Made by a program: the position numbers and the translations under genes. The notes below the pieces were generated by a model that was given only the letters and a program-made list of their open reading frames with translations, had not been told where the DNA came from and did no database searches. A stretch of 50,848 bases of DNA, filler included, from Catajapyx aquilonaris (Eukaryota), in the NCBI GenBank assembly GCA_000934665.2. It is 2 parts of 2 records of this genome, joined end to end, with 100 filler letters (N's around TTAATTAATTAA, not from the genome) between each part and the next. Parts side by side here need not be neighbours in the genome. Positions count along the whole stretch, not along the records: positions 1 to 25,379 come from JYFJ02005373.1; 1 more part is not named here. One strand, 5' to 3'. Positions 1-14,500 of the stretch are shown here, piece by piece (position 1 is the stretch's first letter; each line of letters starts with the position of its first letter).

Positions 1-157
1 TACGACGTTGAACTTGGCCGTATTTCAGATCTCACCACTTTTTACGGCCAAGCAGTCAGGAGAACTTGGCCTTTTTTACAGAAAGGTTTTTGGTGGGTGC
101 TGTTTACACTACCTTCCTCTAGATCACGAGTGGAAGGCCTCTGGATATGCAGTATAA

Positions 158-326
158 AGGCCCCTTTACATGAGGCCGCTGGTAGAAAACATAAGCGCGG
201 CCCGCCAATCAGCATCTAGATCGGCCAGCCGCGTGTCGCCTCCTGCGTGCTGCGGATGCCGATCTCGACGCTGATTGGCGAGCCGTGCTTACAATTTGAG
301 AGCAGCGACCTCGTATGAACGGGCCT
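158..326. mobile_element. PIF/Harbinger-type (Tourist-like) MITE
   Basis: Imperfect terminal inverted repeats (TIRs) AGGCCCCTTTACATGAGGCCGCTG ... CAGCGACCTCGTATGAACGGGCCT. The inner arms are also complementary (TAAGCGCGGCCCGCCAATCAGCATCTAGATCGGC / GCCGATCTCGACGCTGATTGGCGAGCCGTGCTTA). TAA flanks both ends (155-157, 327-329). Confidence 0.7.
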
Positions 327-3300
327 TAATACCTACAGCAGCTTCACCTAAAGAACTTTTCGCAATCATTTGGACTCGCCCTCTACCGGTCCACTACACT
401 CCTTCTGTTTTTCAGCTGCCAATGAACGTTGGAGGTGTGATGGGTCACAACAAGAACAGCCGACCTACTATTGGTTATTGACCAAGGTTAATCTTTTGTT
501 GAGACTTCTGTAGACTGTAGCAACAAGTTAGGGCGAATCAAAAACGATTATATTTAATCAGATCATTTGATTGATTGATTTACAGTAGGTCTATATATCT
601 TGAAAGGGTCAAATTATCCACTCGCCTGATTCTTCAATAAAGTGACAGGCAAAGTATAATTGATACGTTACTATGATATATGAATGGGACAGAATAAAAG
701 TGGCCTAAAACTGAAGTACCATGTCGTACAGTAGAATGGCGACAAATAAAACCTGTGGTTTGTATAGCTGAGGCAACTAGCATCAGCTCCCCCTTTCCTG
801 TGCCCCGTAACATAAATTTCGTGGAAATATACCTTCAGTGGTGGATTGTGTGTGTAAAACTGAATCGACCATGTTAAAGTTAGGAAAAAGGATGTCCAGT
901 TTTAGTGTCCGAAATATGGGGTACAATGAACATGGACAAGGTTATATGGTTGCGAGGAAGATGTAAGAGTATAAAAAAATATGTACTCTTTTCCGGAAAT
1001 AAACAAAGTCCTGGAGAGTGCTTAAAGTTGCATTAAACATTTAAAATTGGCTCTAAATTTTATATAACCCCAAAATTAATTAAAAGCGGCAGGTGGCTGC
1101 CCCTTGTTATCGTTTATCATCAAGCTGTCCTTTTACGGACACTGCAACAGTTTCAGTAACAGTTTGTTACTGCGCACAATTTCCATGGGTTTTGCGCTAA
1201 ATAGCCAATAAGTGCCGAATCTGTTGCCGTGTTCATTAAATGCGGTCAGTCGCATAAAGGACCCACCAAACCGAGGCTGTTTGCCCCCTGATTTAAAATT
1301 TCGTCAAACGTTAATGTTAAAATGAAAATTTAAATAAGCCTGGGGCTGGACATCTGCACAGTTTCACATGACGGGTACACTTTTTAATTCAAGAGCTCCT
1401 GCCACTAATAGCGTATTAACATTTCGCTAGTATAATTAAATTTAGTTGCCAATTATAATTAATTTGGATAACTTTTAACACTAAAATTAAGGTCTTATCA
1501 TGCAACGAGTAAAGGAGTTGGCTCAAAATTCGGTGCCCCGCAAGTATGGTGTATTGAGATTAAAATATTTTTACTATTCCTCAGGTTTTATCACAGTGTA
1601 AATGCGCATTAACGACGTTCTTCGTAATCTGTGAAGGTAGGCCTCTGTCTAAGTGTATAGTCTTTCGCAGTGAGAGCAAATGATGCATACCAGAATCGAA
1701 AATGTAAAGCCACAAAATGTCATTCGAGCCTCTATCATCGGTGTTGCAGGCACCTACAAACACCAGCAGCAATGCGGACATGTCGCCCCAGACTTAATTA
1801 GCACACGTGGGAATTGCTGCCAGTTCAAAACAAGGCAAAGTTCCATAAATCGGTCCGGCGAATTTTAATAGTACCCAGTGTAAGTACATAAACAACCGTC
1901 GAGTACAACATGCCATCAAAATTTGGTGCGCCTATAATTAGACACATTTCATTCTAGTTTATGTATGATACATAGACATGGCATGTTTTCAGTGTATAGG
2001 TAGATAATTTGTCTAGTCGATTGGAATTCACCAATCACCGAGTCTTCATAGGTGAATCCCAATCAAAATAACCAAAAGACAAGACAGCAACGCCCGTATG
2101 AACCCAGTTATCTGCATCATATTTCTAATGACGTTCCAATATTCTGGTATAGCAGCAACGTGCCCTGCTCATTTGACAAGTAGGAAAAAATCCCTATCCA
2201 ACTAGAGTGCAAACTTATTGCTCCAGCTTCTCTCCTACCTTGCAGGAGACGTCAGTTACCTCATAAATAGCCAGAAAAGCTGCACCTGGAAATTTCGATT
2301 AACTCTGCTCCGTTGCACCTCTGGGATTTGCTCCTAGGAAAGGAGAGCATTTTTGAATACCCTCCCCTCTCCTATTCACAAAAAAAAATGTTCCCCCCTC
2401 CAACCCTGCAAAGGGGAGGTTCGTTTCATCCGAGTTGGAGAGTCATAATCAGGTCTAATATGATATGGAACGAGTGGGTGTGTGTGGGTGATGCAGGTTT
2501 GTCGCCACCTGATGGCAATTTCCCTCCCTGGCGCCTGACATTAATTGGTGGAACATGGCCCAGTTTCCCAACCTGGAGTCTGGTTATGCTTCCTTTTCCC
2601 TCCCGTGGCCATTCACGGCTTCCGTCCCAGAGCTGTCGGCTCTGCGTCCAATATTCATGGCCTGACCAACCTACGTGTCTGCTCTCATCTGATTAACATG
2701 GATTCCGACTTCTTGTTGCATGCTCCCGCTGAAAGTGTTGGTAATAAGGCTTGCATGTAGCGGTAACGAGGACGGAGGGACTGTATGCCCTTGACTTTGC
2801 AGGGGGACTAACAGTCCAGACCAAAATGGAGACTTGTAAATTTATTTGGCTTATCATTTTTTGGGAGGATTGGCTGTAAATGGTTGCGGGACATGCATGT
2901 TGTTAATTAATTAGCACGCATGGCCATTGAGCAGGGGATAAATAATGCGAATGGATTATGAATTGTGCAAAGGACAAATCCACTGAAGCCTAGGAGTATT
3001 GCGAATTGAGGAAATGCCAATATTGGCCGCACGAAGGTAGAAGAGCGAGCCTCATTGTATTGTTCCCAACGACGTACTGGAAATGTCAACAGTGAAACTG
3101 AAATTATTTTAAGTGTCAGTGCTGAAGTTTCATTACGGAGATCCAAATAAAAATTATTATTTTTTGAAACATACCGGTATGTATGTTGGTCATGGTAGTT
3201 TGTACTATTGTGTACAACCTTTTCTTAAGAAATCTATACTTGTAAGGCGTGTCTGAATACGTATCTGGATGCTATTGGTCGTAATATCGCTATATTCTGG

Positions 3301-5025
3301 CTCAATGGTCGTAACAAAAGGGGCGGTTATTTTGACTCACCACATTGCCTGATTTCTAGAAATGATAATTGCACAGAATCGACTGGCCTGCGTTGAATCA
3401 TGAATCATACTTTGTCAGTGTCAGAAACGCATATTGCTATATTATGTTGCGTCTTACCCTACAAATCTTAATACATGTCGGGAGTCTTAATTAATATGGT
3501 ACTGCTAGGGGACATCCGTCCAATAAATTTATTGCCGTCTAATATTAATCTCATTCCCAAGAGACGAATAAGTAACGCTGACAGGTGGTAATATGGATTT
3601 ACGCAGTGTTAATGCATAAATTTTTATTCGGCCCCAGAGTTGTTAATTGAGGCCAGGGAGTAAGCGGAGAGGGATGGCAACCCAAGAAGGCAATGCACCC
3701 GATTTAAGTAGGGAATCAACATAGGCCATTTCCCTTGTGGGCCGATATAATATTAAGTATTCTCCTCACACGGGTCCGTGCGGAGGGCGAAAGGAAAGGA
3801 ATTCGAGTAGTCAATCTTTTCCGCTCCCAATTCGAGCCGCACTGTCAGCAAGGGCAGCTCAAGCGTGGGTCAATACGCCCAACTTGGTTTGGTTATACAG
3901 TATATTATTTCCACTTGAATGGCAAGGGAAAGGGGGATGTGTGGCTGGGTGCTGCTGCATTTCTTTCTATTCCCTGCGCAAATTGATTGTGGCTCCTCGA
4001 ACGTGTTCTTGAGGGCCTTACCATTCATTATCCTCCACCTCGGTTCTCATTTTCTCACAATTCCAAGAGTCCCTGCTCCTGCTGCTATAATATTTGCTAA
4101 CCCGATACCACCTGCTACCCACCAACCTTTCACTAAATTCTCCAGGCGCAGTAGTTGAGTTTGCAGGAACAGGGAGGTCTTCTTTGAAAAGCAGTTCAGA
4201 TATGCTGCACACATTAAGCGAGGGCTTCATTTAACAAGGCCGAAGGCTAAGCAATGATTATGCTTATTTTCTCCTCATTTACCTTTGTTAGAGGGAAGGT
4301 AGGAGGATTACTTACTCCAAAGGGTTATTCAAGCTTGTAACTGTGTCATCTGCATTAGCCTCCATCACGTACCAGTCATGTTCCCGGCTCATTTTTTCTC
4401 CAAATCTCCATCCTGCCGATGATGTATTTCTAGAGTCAGAAATGATCCAATTAAGTAGCAATGGCAGAAGTGAGGTGCATTGTATCCATAGAGCAGGAAG
4501 TCACACCTGAGGAACCATGGTAATTACATCCCATTTCTAAAGACTGTCACTTCCCCAGTCGAGTCGTGCCTTCATAGCCGAGCTTGTTGAGGCCCATTTC
4601 ATCAACGTCGTGCCGATGCTCCCCGAAAGTTAGTAAACGTCGGTCCGCATTAGACGCGAAGGTAGATAGAACAAAATTGCCAAGGCCGTTGCTGCAGAGT
4701 CGACAACACTTGCTTGCAGTGGCGCGCTCCATGAAGGCCCCGCGTTCCTACAAGATGCGATACGGTTTCCGGATCCAATTCGTCGCGGAATTAGTTTTGT
4801 AATGTGTAATTAGTTTTGTAACTGCGGAGGAGGAAGTGGGACCTAATTGCCAGTGGCATAGGACGGGGATGGAACCGGAGCTCAACACAGCCAAAGTGTG
4901 ACACCCGACACTCTGTACACCTCCTACATCACGGTCCAGACTAGAAATTAGGCCGTTTCCCGCGCCTTCTTTTACTCAGGACTGACTTTTTGGCGCAGTC
5001 TTGCTCCGGAAGAGAGAGAAAAAAT

Positions 5026-5062
5026 GAAGAAGAAGAAGAAGTAGTAGTAGAAGAAGAAGAAG
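5026..5062. repeat. Compound (GAA)n/(GTA)n microsatellite
   Basis: gaagaagaagaagaagtagtagtagaagaagaagaag. Confidence 0.85.
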
Positions 5063-8000
5063 AGCGGGAGGAAAGAGAAGTCCTGGATGCCTGGGATGTA
5101 GCTCGTTTAAAAAAGCCCTTCTACGCCCGGTGCATTTTTGAGGAGGGAAGGGGCCTACGAATTGGACGCCCGTCTTGCCGCCGAATGTGCTTCCCTTCTT
5201 CAAATATTCATTATTCTAAAGCTTCTCGCATCCTTGGCGCCAGAGATGCATGCACGTGTCACTCGTGATTGCATGGGTCAAACTTGCGTGAAGAGTTATA
5301 CTATATACACTTTGGAATGTAACCAGAACTGACATGCATTGTAGTAGAGTCGTTGCAGTGGAACAAGGGGGAAAAAGGAGGGTGGGTTTAAGATGAAGGA
5401 AAAAAGCTAGGCCTGAAATTGGGCGCAGTCCTGTCTCGTGAAAATGGAGGCCATGTTGAGCACCAGGGTCTCGGGGGCACCTTTTCTCTCCTGTGTGGTA
5501 GCCCTTAGGGTCCACTTGCTTTCCTTCCAGGCTGGGCTAATGTAGGTCAGATGCTGAAGATACTGGTGGGGGAGATGGGGGAAGCATATTGGCTAAAATG
5601 GCGGACCGTAAAGCTAGGAGCCAATCATGGCGGTGTTGAAGGCTTCCCGAATTAATTTTCCTCTGCGGAGGGAGAGGAAAAGTGTGACGAGGCGAAAAGT
5701 CTCTCTCTCTTCCACCTCGGTCTGGAGGCTGTTTGTAGTCCTCAAGTCTTTTCGATGGAAGAAAAGAACCCCGGGTGCTTCTGTCGCCGGGATATTTTCT
5801 TCAGATTTATGCTCGGAGATAATGAAGCTCCTCAGGGGATATTTTATAAACTTCCCAGTCGCCTAGCTGTCTGTCGACAGACGTCGTAATTTCAGTTGTT
5901 TCTCCTCCCCGACACAGCATCTGGCTTCTTTTTTTCCCCTCCTCTCTATTCTTCTGACGTTCCTTTTCCATTCTTCTTTAATCCCTAGGATCCCTCTCTA
6001 TTAAAGGGAGGAAAAAATGATGATCCGCTGAACCTTTTTATAGTATGATAGAGTCAATTAAGAAATCTGCCAACCACTTTCCTCACATTGGCTGACTGAT
6101 TTGTTTGATTTCTCAGCTTATCCCAGAGGATCTCTGCCAGAGGAAGTGGCGGGTTTTCATCACAGAGGTGAAGCCAATTCTGGTTATTACTTCCAGAATT
6201 TGATATCCGAGAGGAAATCATCGAGTCCACATTCGTTGAGGGATTCCGTAGTTCAAGTTAATAATAACGACCGCATTGTTCAGGATGCCCCGCAGGGTTG
6301 ATTAACGGTTGACAAATACTGTCATCTTTATTACGCGAACGTGTGAATGGTTGGTCGATCAGCGGAAGGAACATTGATTTGTTGTCAGTTCGTCAGTCAA
6401 ATTAACATTGCCACAATTGGAGGTTGGTGGTGTATGGGGACAATCCAGTGTGAATTAACTGTCCTATTGGTGCAAATATTATAAAAGCTTCCATCGCAGC
6501 GTTCCCGCTAATGTCCATTACTTATGTGAGTGATGTAACATCCTCCCGGAATTGCAAGCCACGGGTTTGTAGTTTCATTCACTTGATATCATTCATAGTT
6601 TAGCGGGCCGTGTATAGCAGCACGCGTGAAAAGTACACAACGTACTTTCACATCCCTGCACATAATTTTTTCATCCTAGAGATTACTGAGGTAGCACTTT
6701 CTGGTAGCGCGTAGGCTAAAATTGCTCTTGAATCCTGGCAGCACATCACATTTCGTGACATACTTGTCTCGCACAATGACGTGAACCACGCAAAGGTCAC
6801 CCTTTCCCTTCTCCTCCTTCACCTTCTTTCTCTCCCCACCAAAGTTGGTGAGTCGCAAAAATAGAGTAGATGTTGGGTCCCTCTTTTAGCCCATAAAAGT
6901 CCACGGCAACCTTAGGGAGTCTGTGCTCAGACCCTGCGCTCTTTTTTTTTAGGAGGGGTAACCATCCGCATTTTCAGGTTGGTTACCATTGACATTTCCC
7001 TTCCCCAGCTCCCGTCGCGCGGGTGCACTAAATAAAAGAAAACCTGCATGCATACGTATGAACATTACGGAAGGGGGGCAGACGTGATGAATAATTCTCG
7101 AGCAGCCTACCATGAATCCGGAGGCCCTTTTTCTGGGGGACCAGCCTGCAAAGAGGGTGTTGTTTTGGCTTTTCCTTCTACAGTGTTGAATCGATACAGA
7201 AGCACAAGGGGGATGTGGAGTCAAGTCCTAGGAGAGCTATCGACGCCTCTTTGCTTCGCCTTAGTTAGCCCGTTCCTGGTGAATACCTCCAGACTTCCCT
7301 AACCCCCTTAGGAATAATGCTGTCCTGGCCAAAAGTCAAGGAAGGATCTTTGCCCCGGTTCTCATTGCCGCCTAGGGAAGGTACACACTTTTGCAAGCCT
7401 AGGACAGGAAGAGCTCATTGGAATACCTGCTGGGATTTGTATTGTTTCAAACATTCAACAGGCTTTGAGCTCGTTCCCGGTTCATTCTACATCATTCAGT
7501 GTGTATTGAAGCTGTGCAGACCACATCAGCATGCACCACGTTCGTAGCGTGGGAAGTGTTCATATTTTACTTTGAGCTCAGCATGTAATAAGACATGTCG
7601 GATGGTTCACCAGGGAAGATTACGTATGTATAGCATCAGTCCAGAGGAAAATTTCATGGCTACGCCCTTGAAGCACAAGAACAAAACACGCATCACTCCC
7701 AAGTCATTTGTTAGGAAGTGAATGAAGTAAACAGTCTTGGCTTGGACTGGGTAGAATAGGAATTGGGTATTTTCCAACTGCCGTAACTCTGAGGCTTTTG
7801 CAATGCTGAGAACTTGTAAAATATTTGGGGCAGACGAGATTAATCTCCAGAAAGGATGCGTGCATATACAATATAAGCTTTGAGTCTGGCGTCGAGTGAT
7901 GTAGTCAATGTGTAGCCTACATGTGTTGCATTCGAATGAAACATTCGACATGTTTGACCTTAACGTTACAGTGACTTTAATTTTATGCTGGGTTTTTTTG

Positions 8001-11000
8001 CGTCAGGACGCGACGAGCAGTGATTAGAGCGGGCGTATTATGTAAACATATTTTGAAAAGTGATTGCTGGCGATTGGCATGTGACTATCACTAGAGCGAA
8101 AGTTGGAGCGTGTGATTTAATTGCAACTGCACCGTTTTATCAGCACCTGACCTGTCCTGGCTGGGGGATGTACTCGACCTCCCCTGGACACGTCAAATGT
8201 GCGCAATATTCTCATCACTGTCGAATTAATTATAGTAAATCGTGATATAATTTTTTCTTCACTGTTGGCAACCACGCAGCACATCCAACTGAACACTTGG
8301 CGATGCCCACATCCCCGAATCCCACAAAATTTCGCATTGTAAAGATGATGATATATCCATGTGTGGAAACATGTAGCTGTCAAGTTTCACACATGCACCC
8401 GACACGAAACAGCCATTTCACACTTTTCCCGCATGGACCTATAAAGCCGTCAATGTATATGCTTTCATTAAAACAACAAAAAAGAACTATGGGTCACCAT
8501 GTAAAAAATAGCCCATCATCCACGCAACCACCCCCTGCAGCACCCGTCCCCACACCATACCACGGAAGGGCGCGGACATCACGGTTTGTCGATGAGGTTG
8601 TCTCACGCAAGGATGCAGTTTGCCAGATGCAATCATACACTCGGACGCCCAGGTGGGATCGGTTTGGTGTGACCCAAACCTTTTCATGGGATCGCAGATC
8701 CTCCTCCTCTCGTTATTCACCTTTGCTGAGCCTCAATAGAAACTAAATTGTGGAGCAAAAAGTGGACATGTGATATAGAGCAGGGGGCATGATTGTCGAA
8801 TCCGATTACATTCAATGCGAGAAACAATTTGCTCTTCCAACACTTTTTCGTGAGGCGGAGGAGTATCGTGTTTCATAACGGTTTTTGTTGGATGTTATAG
8901 AGAGTCCGAAACCTCGTATTTCAATTTGTATGAGTTGTGAAGGACTACTGAATATGTGCTGAAAATGCTTTGATTGTTTGTTTGCCTCTGAATAAATAAC
9001 GCCTGTGCTGTACGGGTGGATCTATCGCGGTCGCTCTCATTCCTCAATAGATTCTGCACTAGGGACTACTCGGTAGCAGTGGTATGCAGGCATGAATACT
9101 ATAGAATCCTTCAGCAGATGTGATTTAACACTGGAATCAGTGGGCTTAAAAGTAATATTATATTTTTCAGGCATATTTGTGGAACATGGAATGATTTAAT
9201 GTATAAACACGCTTCACAGTTTAAACATTTAGTCTGCAACTATGGCAGTATACATGGGCAGTTACATTTCATGTTGGTTTTTCCATCTGAATGGAGATGA
9301 AAGAGCTTCATTATAGGACTTTTGAAGCATTAATTACCCCGAATTGTTTATATCCTACAGAAAGCTTGAATGTTTATACCATCAAACTTTCATTGAGCTC
9401 TTATGGAATTTTAGATTCTAAATACTGTACATCAAAGAGAGTAGCGATCCCCTGGAGAGTTCTTCATCCACACAGACACACTTTGCTACTTTGTTTTAGA
9501 GTATTTAGACCTTTACATCATTCTATTTTAGACCACACCATGTTCAGGGTCTTCTTACTAATAGAATTCATCCTCCCGCCAACATAGGCCTACTCATTTG
9601 CCCCAGACGAGTCTAAAATGTAGGTGTGAGAAATGACGGAGGACTTACTCCTAACGAGGTAAACGACTAACAACATTTTTCTTCCCCTAGACACACTCGA
9701 CAACACACTTTATAGACGTCGACAGGCAGAATAGCCCATGAATTTGTAGTTAATGCCTATCAAATTTGTATGAAAATGCTTACTATGCAAGAAATGAAGA
9801 TACTTATACCTTAACCATGATTACGCTCACATTCTGCTCCCTAGGCAACCATGTGTACGGACAGATGACCCACTCAGTAGTATAAGATACACCCTGCTGC
9901 ACTTTCAAATAGTGCGAGTGGTTGAAAACACTAGGCTGACTTAACCAGAGGGTTATCTCCGAAAATATTAAACCTTCTACCCAAAGCGCGTATATGGAAC
10001 AATGACGGGACACAAAATCAACCCCATATGTGCCATCAAGGTGATGAAATCCGGGCTTTTGTTCTACGTGCACATAATGGATTATATGGGATGGATCGAC
10101 CAGCGAGGTTCCTACCGTCGATATCCGGTGTGTTCTAGCATTATAAAAATATTGATTAGTCACCTGTGACTGCTTATTCATACAGTAAAACCTACATAAT
10201 TTTTATAATATCAGTAATACGTAATATACCGTATATTGAGATACAGTGTCTCTACTTAATTGTAAAACCAAATTCGTCCATTTTATTCCCTCGGGGATAT
10301 AACCATGGACTAGGGAGAGCATAGAGGGATCTCGAGGAGTATGAGTGAGGCCTGACGGCACTACCTCCCTCATGGGCCTCATCCCTATACAGTTCGCACG
10401 AATAAATTTAGGATAGCTAAAATCTGGTTTATGAGACCCTTTGTCTCTCAGAGAGAAAGTTTATTACGTAGATATACGCTTCTGAATAATAATAAGTATT
10501 GCCTGTAAACTTTGCCTCGTTTACACACATGCAGCAGCTCATTCGTAGAGAACACCTTTATTGAAAATATTCTTGTCTTACACATCCGATTTCTCAAGCT
10601 TTTTAACAGACCTAATGGAAGCTGAGGTAGAAAGTTTTAATTATAGTCTATGTGACACTTAATTACCCGTCAACAAAGTATAGGAGAAAGCGGGTGTTAA
10701 TTGGTATGTTACGGAAATTGTATTATACAGTAAAGTATACAAGCTATATACCCATACCACCCAACTTGACTTTCGGCCTAACTGTATAGATTTGGTTAGG
10801 TTTGTTAAGTATGAGATTCTTGTGATTCAAAGCCTATAAATTTGATGCGAAGCGTCAGATTGCGACGATGTGTTGGATACTGAATAAACTGTCGTTATAC
10901 GTATAAAAAGAGGAATATATAATTTTCTGAGATTTGCCTATAGCGTTGCCGCCTTCCTGAGCTTTTCGAGGAAGAGTGCTGTATAATATTTGTCTAAGCT

Positions 11001-11330
11001 TGTATTGGAAGGTTGCCAGGTAACTGGCATTCTATTCATCCAGTCTTATTGGCACACTTTATACCTGAACAATGCAGCGAAAATGGCCGTTGAATAGCAT
11101 CAAAGTGAGATGAGAGGATATTTTTCAAATAATTATTTTTATAAGAAGCTCTGCTGTGGCAGAGGCATACGTATCTCTTCCATAAATACACATCATAAGC
11201 TACGGCAATATTCTCGTGATCACATAACGTATTGATCGTCAGGGGTCTTATACAAAGAAGCTTTTTGCATGTGAGATTTTTTTTTAAAAAAAAGGGAAGC
11301 TGAAATCTCAATCCTAATAATATACAGTAA

Positions 11331-11590
11331 AACGTATGCGCCCACGGATGTTAAGGTCCCGGGTTCGATCCCAGCCCGGGGACACCCCCTTCATCTCGTG
11401 CAGAGTTCAGGGTCACCTCTGGCTTCGTCTCGGGTGGTATTTCCAACAGACTAAACCACCCGGGGGAGTTCACTAAAAATGGCCACGTTTAAGACATTGC
11501 ACTGCACTTTGCACATCCCCTCCTGTCATCCTGCCCGTGGGCCCGGGCGCTAGGCAAAATGGCTGAAGCAGTCAAGGTCCGCGCGATATA
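11331..11590 (+). mobile_element. tRNA-derived SINE, family A (head A + tail 1), 5'-truncated
   Basis: B-box GGTTCGATCCC. The body (CGTGCAGAGTT...CTCTGGCTTCGT...CCACCCGGGGGAG) recurs at 18881-19048 (minus) and 20132-20345 (plus). Confidence 0.8.
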
Positions 11591-14500
11591 TAATTAACTT
11601 CGAGTACTACCCGGATGACTAGTGTTATTACTCTTGAAAGTAACTGGGGCGCTTCGTGCCCGAGTAACTGACTGTGAGGTGACAGTCATAATATGGTGTT
11701 CAAAATAACTTTTCCAAGTATTCCAACGCATGTGTAAATATATTGGTTTTCCTACCTGCACTTTTTACTATAGCCAAAATGATGTGGAATTCAGTAATAT
11801 ATTAGATTACTGAAAATTGTTCCAAACCGTAGACCGACATATTTATCCCAATAATGTCATTTTACGATACGGATTGCAAGAAAAGAGAAGCTATTAATTT
11901 ACTGGTCACTCAAAAGGTGTGGAAAGAAGTATTGGGTTCGTATAGATACAAGTATCCTAATACGTTCTGGCACTGGTCATAATCTAAATAAATTGAATTT
12001 TTACAACCATTCGACCTTTCTCCTTGGACCACCCTGCATAAATGTGTGTGCCATGCAAGTCAACATTAAAAAGTTTTATTACACACAAAAATATGGGGTG
12101 TTAACTTGTGGTCAATATGTAGTAAAATCAACTATCATTCCAAATCCCATCATTAGCGTAAAATTGCAGCCGACCATTTACAGTAGCCTGCTACACATGG
12201 TAGAACATGCTGTACCAACTGAGATCGATTAAATAATTGAATCTACTATACAGTGTCTTTGATGTTGTACTCTCTCTGCGAATGCTAACGAGACCATCAT
12301 GTCTCCAGCTTAAGAATATTTTTTCTGCTAATTCGGTCTCCATTATTACCCAGGTGTCTTGCCACAAGAAGCCAGAATCCATCATACAACAGTTGTAGGA
12401 CCATTGTCTCTAAAAACACCTCATTCCTAGCTGCTTATTCAGAAGCTTGCACAATACAACTGGCAAGGTGACTTCCCCAACACCAAGTGATGACAGGATT
12501 GTGTTCAGGTGGGGGTCGCTTAGCCTCCGCTACCAGTTGTGGGGAGGATAAACAGTTTTCTATGAGCTGTAAACTTGCGCTAACTCGGCGCAACTCTGAA
12601 GCTACGTCATCCGCTTGGTTTCCACATCAGCATTCAAAGGGCCGGAAAGAACAACACAATTAATGTCGAGTCTATTTGAAATCCGGTTGCTGGAATGTGA
12701 GGATTTGCCGCGGCTTTAAAGTTGCTTATTCCAACCTACAAAGTTAGGAAAGGTCTGGCTTGCACTGCAGCTTCCCCTCTCCTTATTCCATCAAGCAACG
12801 CGTCTCTGGAGAGAATTCCTAGTCGAGATGTTTGTGAGTAATGAATATATAATTAGGTCTTCCTTTCTGGCATCTAAATTTACGTCTTCCCTCGGGAGAA
12901 AAGTCCAGAAGGAACTCCTATTGACGGACGTATTTAAAATCCACCCACCGACGCCCCTTGCAACCATCCATTTTTTCGAGGCTTCCTTATGATGTCAAAA
13001 AGAATTAGTTTGGCCCTAATTGTTCCCGAAACGCTCCGGGCGAGCTCTAGTTTTTATGTGTCAAAGTTCAAGGACCACACTCTTCTTTTTTTCTTACTCC
13101 TCCAAACTCGAGTTAGAAACGACCCTTTTTTGCGACTACATAAAGGCTGATGCTAATCTTGTACTGCCGTACTCTTTAGACACGGTATAGAAGTAGGCCT
13201 AATGGCGTATAAAGAACTTTAAACGTTCTGAACACATTTTCAGAAAGTCGTTAAAACAGACAAGCCGTTGCGCGTTTAAAGTTGCATCACTTTCGATATT
13301 ATATTATAGGCAGTAAAAGTTTAGGAAAGATGTGAAATATTAAGTGAAGTTCCTTTATCTCGCTCCCGCAGTGCATAGGGTGACTGAGAAATATGCTTCT
13401 TCAAAAAGTTGATTCGGGTCAAAGTGCTTTTTCTTTCACAAGTTTATTGAATTATGTGCTTATTTTATGCACAAGCAGAAAATTAATGTTTCTGGTCAGG
13501 CTTCCGTACCCCGAACTTTATAGAGTATATCTCGGTGTTGTTATTTATATAAATAATTGTGCTAGACAAAATTTGTCCGCAGTTTTTATAGTCAACTATC
13601 GACATCGTCGGCATACAAGACCACCCGAAGACCCGTACAACAGTCCAGTTGCGAGATAATCCAAGACCTTTTGACCTTTCATTTTCTTATATGCTAAGTA
13701 AGGCAGAAAATCCTACCTTCCTGTCTCATTACTGATGATCATTAGGACTAAATGGACATCACCGCACGTTAGAGCAGAAAAATGTGACTTACTGGTGTAT
13801 ATTACCCAAAACCATCAAAATTGGACATGGTGTGTTATTAGTATGTTACCTTAAAGTTTGTTCGAGCCTACCTGTTGAAATAGTATTTTTGCAGCCTCGC
13901 AAGTAAAAGTGTGCAAAAGACCTACTTTGCCTACTGTAGTAATATATCGCCCGGAAGGTTTCCCCTGCCAAACGCAGCCGTGCACCTGATTACCTTCTAT
14001 TTTATATTTTTGAGGGAAACCTGGCTTCGCCCCAACCGGTGTCCAGAATACATTTTAAAAGGAGATTAAGACGGGATGCACCAGCGGCACTTTTAATCCC
14101 CTCAGCTTTCTTAATGTAATTACCTCCACAGTTTATTTGGCTGTTGGCCCGGGAAATTAAGAGAAGGCGTGGGTTGCTTTTACCATGCAACCTGCTCACC
14201 TCCTCTGAATCAATATGGCGATGCCTGTTGTTGGCAGAGCCAGGCTTTTCATAGGCGGTGCACACCGTCTTAAAATGCAGTCTGGTGTTCTCAGGTTTAT
14301 TTAAATTTTGCGTTTGAGGAAGTAGCATTGCATTTGATTAAATGCGCCATGCATTTTCTTCCGAAATGTCACTTGTTCAACATTCATTTGTGCTCTGAAG
14401 ATGACGAGAACAAAGGATGTCAACTTGCGGAGGAGGTGGATTCGTCAGGGAACTAAGAAGGTTCCTTTTTCTCTGTTGCTCTTCGCAATTCTCCGGGCCA

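Noticed and set aside
4855..4940. Possible degraded SINE head on the minus strand (GGTTCCATCCC)
   Set aside because: Only a B-box-like motif; no body match to the other SINEs.
10049..10061. ATCCGGGCTTTTG resembling the 3' half of miR-993-5p (and GAAGTAGCGCG at ~20635 resembling miR-275)
   Set aside because: The seed regions do not match and there is no precursor hairpin at the first site; the second lies in a transposon arm.
12020..12040. Mariner-like TIR end TTGGACCACCCTGCATA
   Set aside because: No convincing partner TIR was found nearby, so boundaries cannot be supported.
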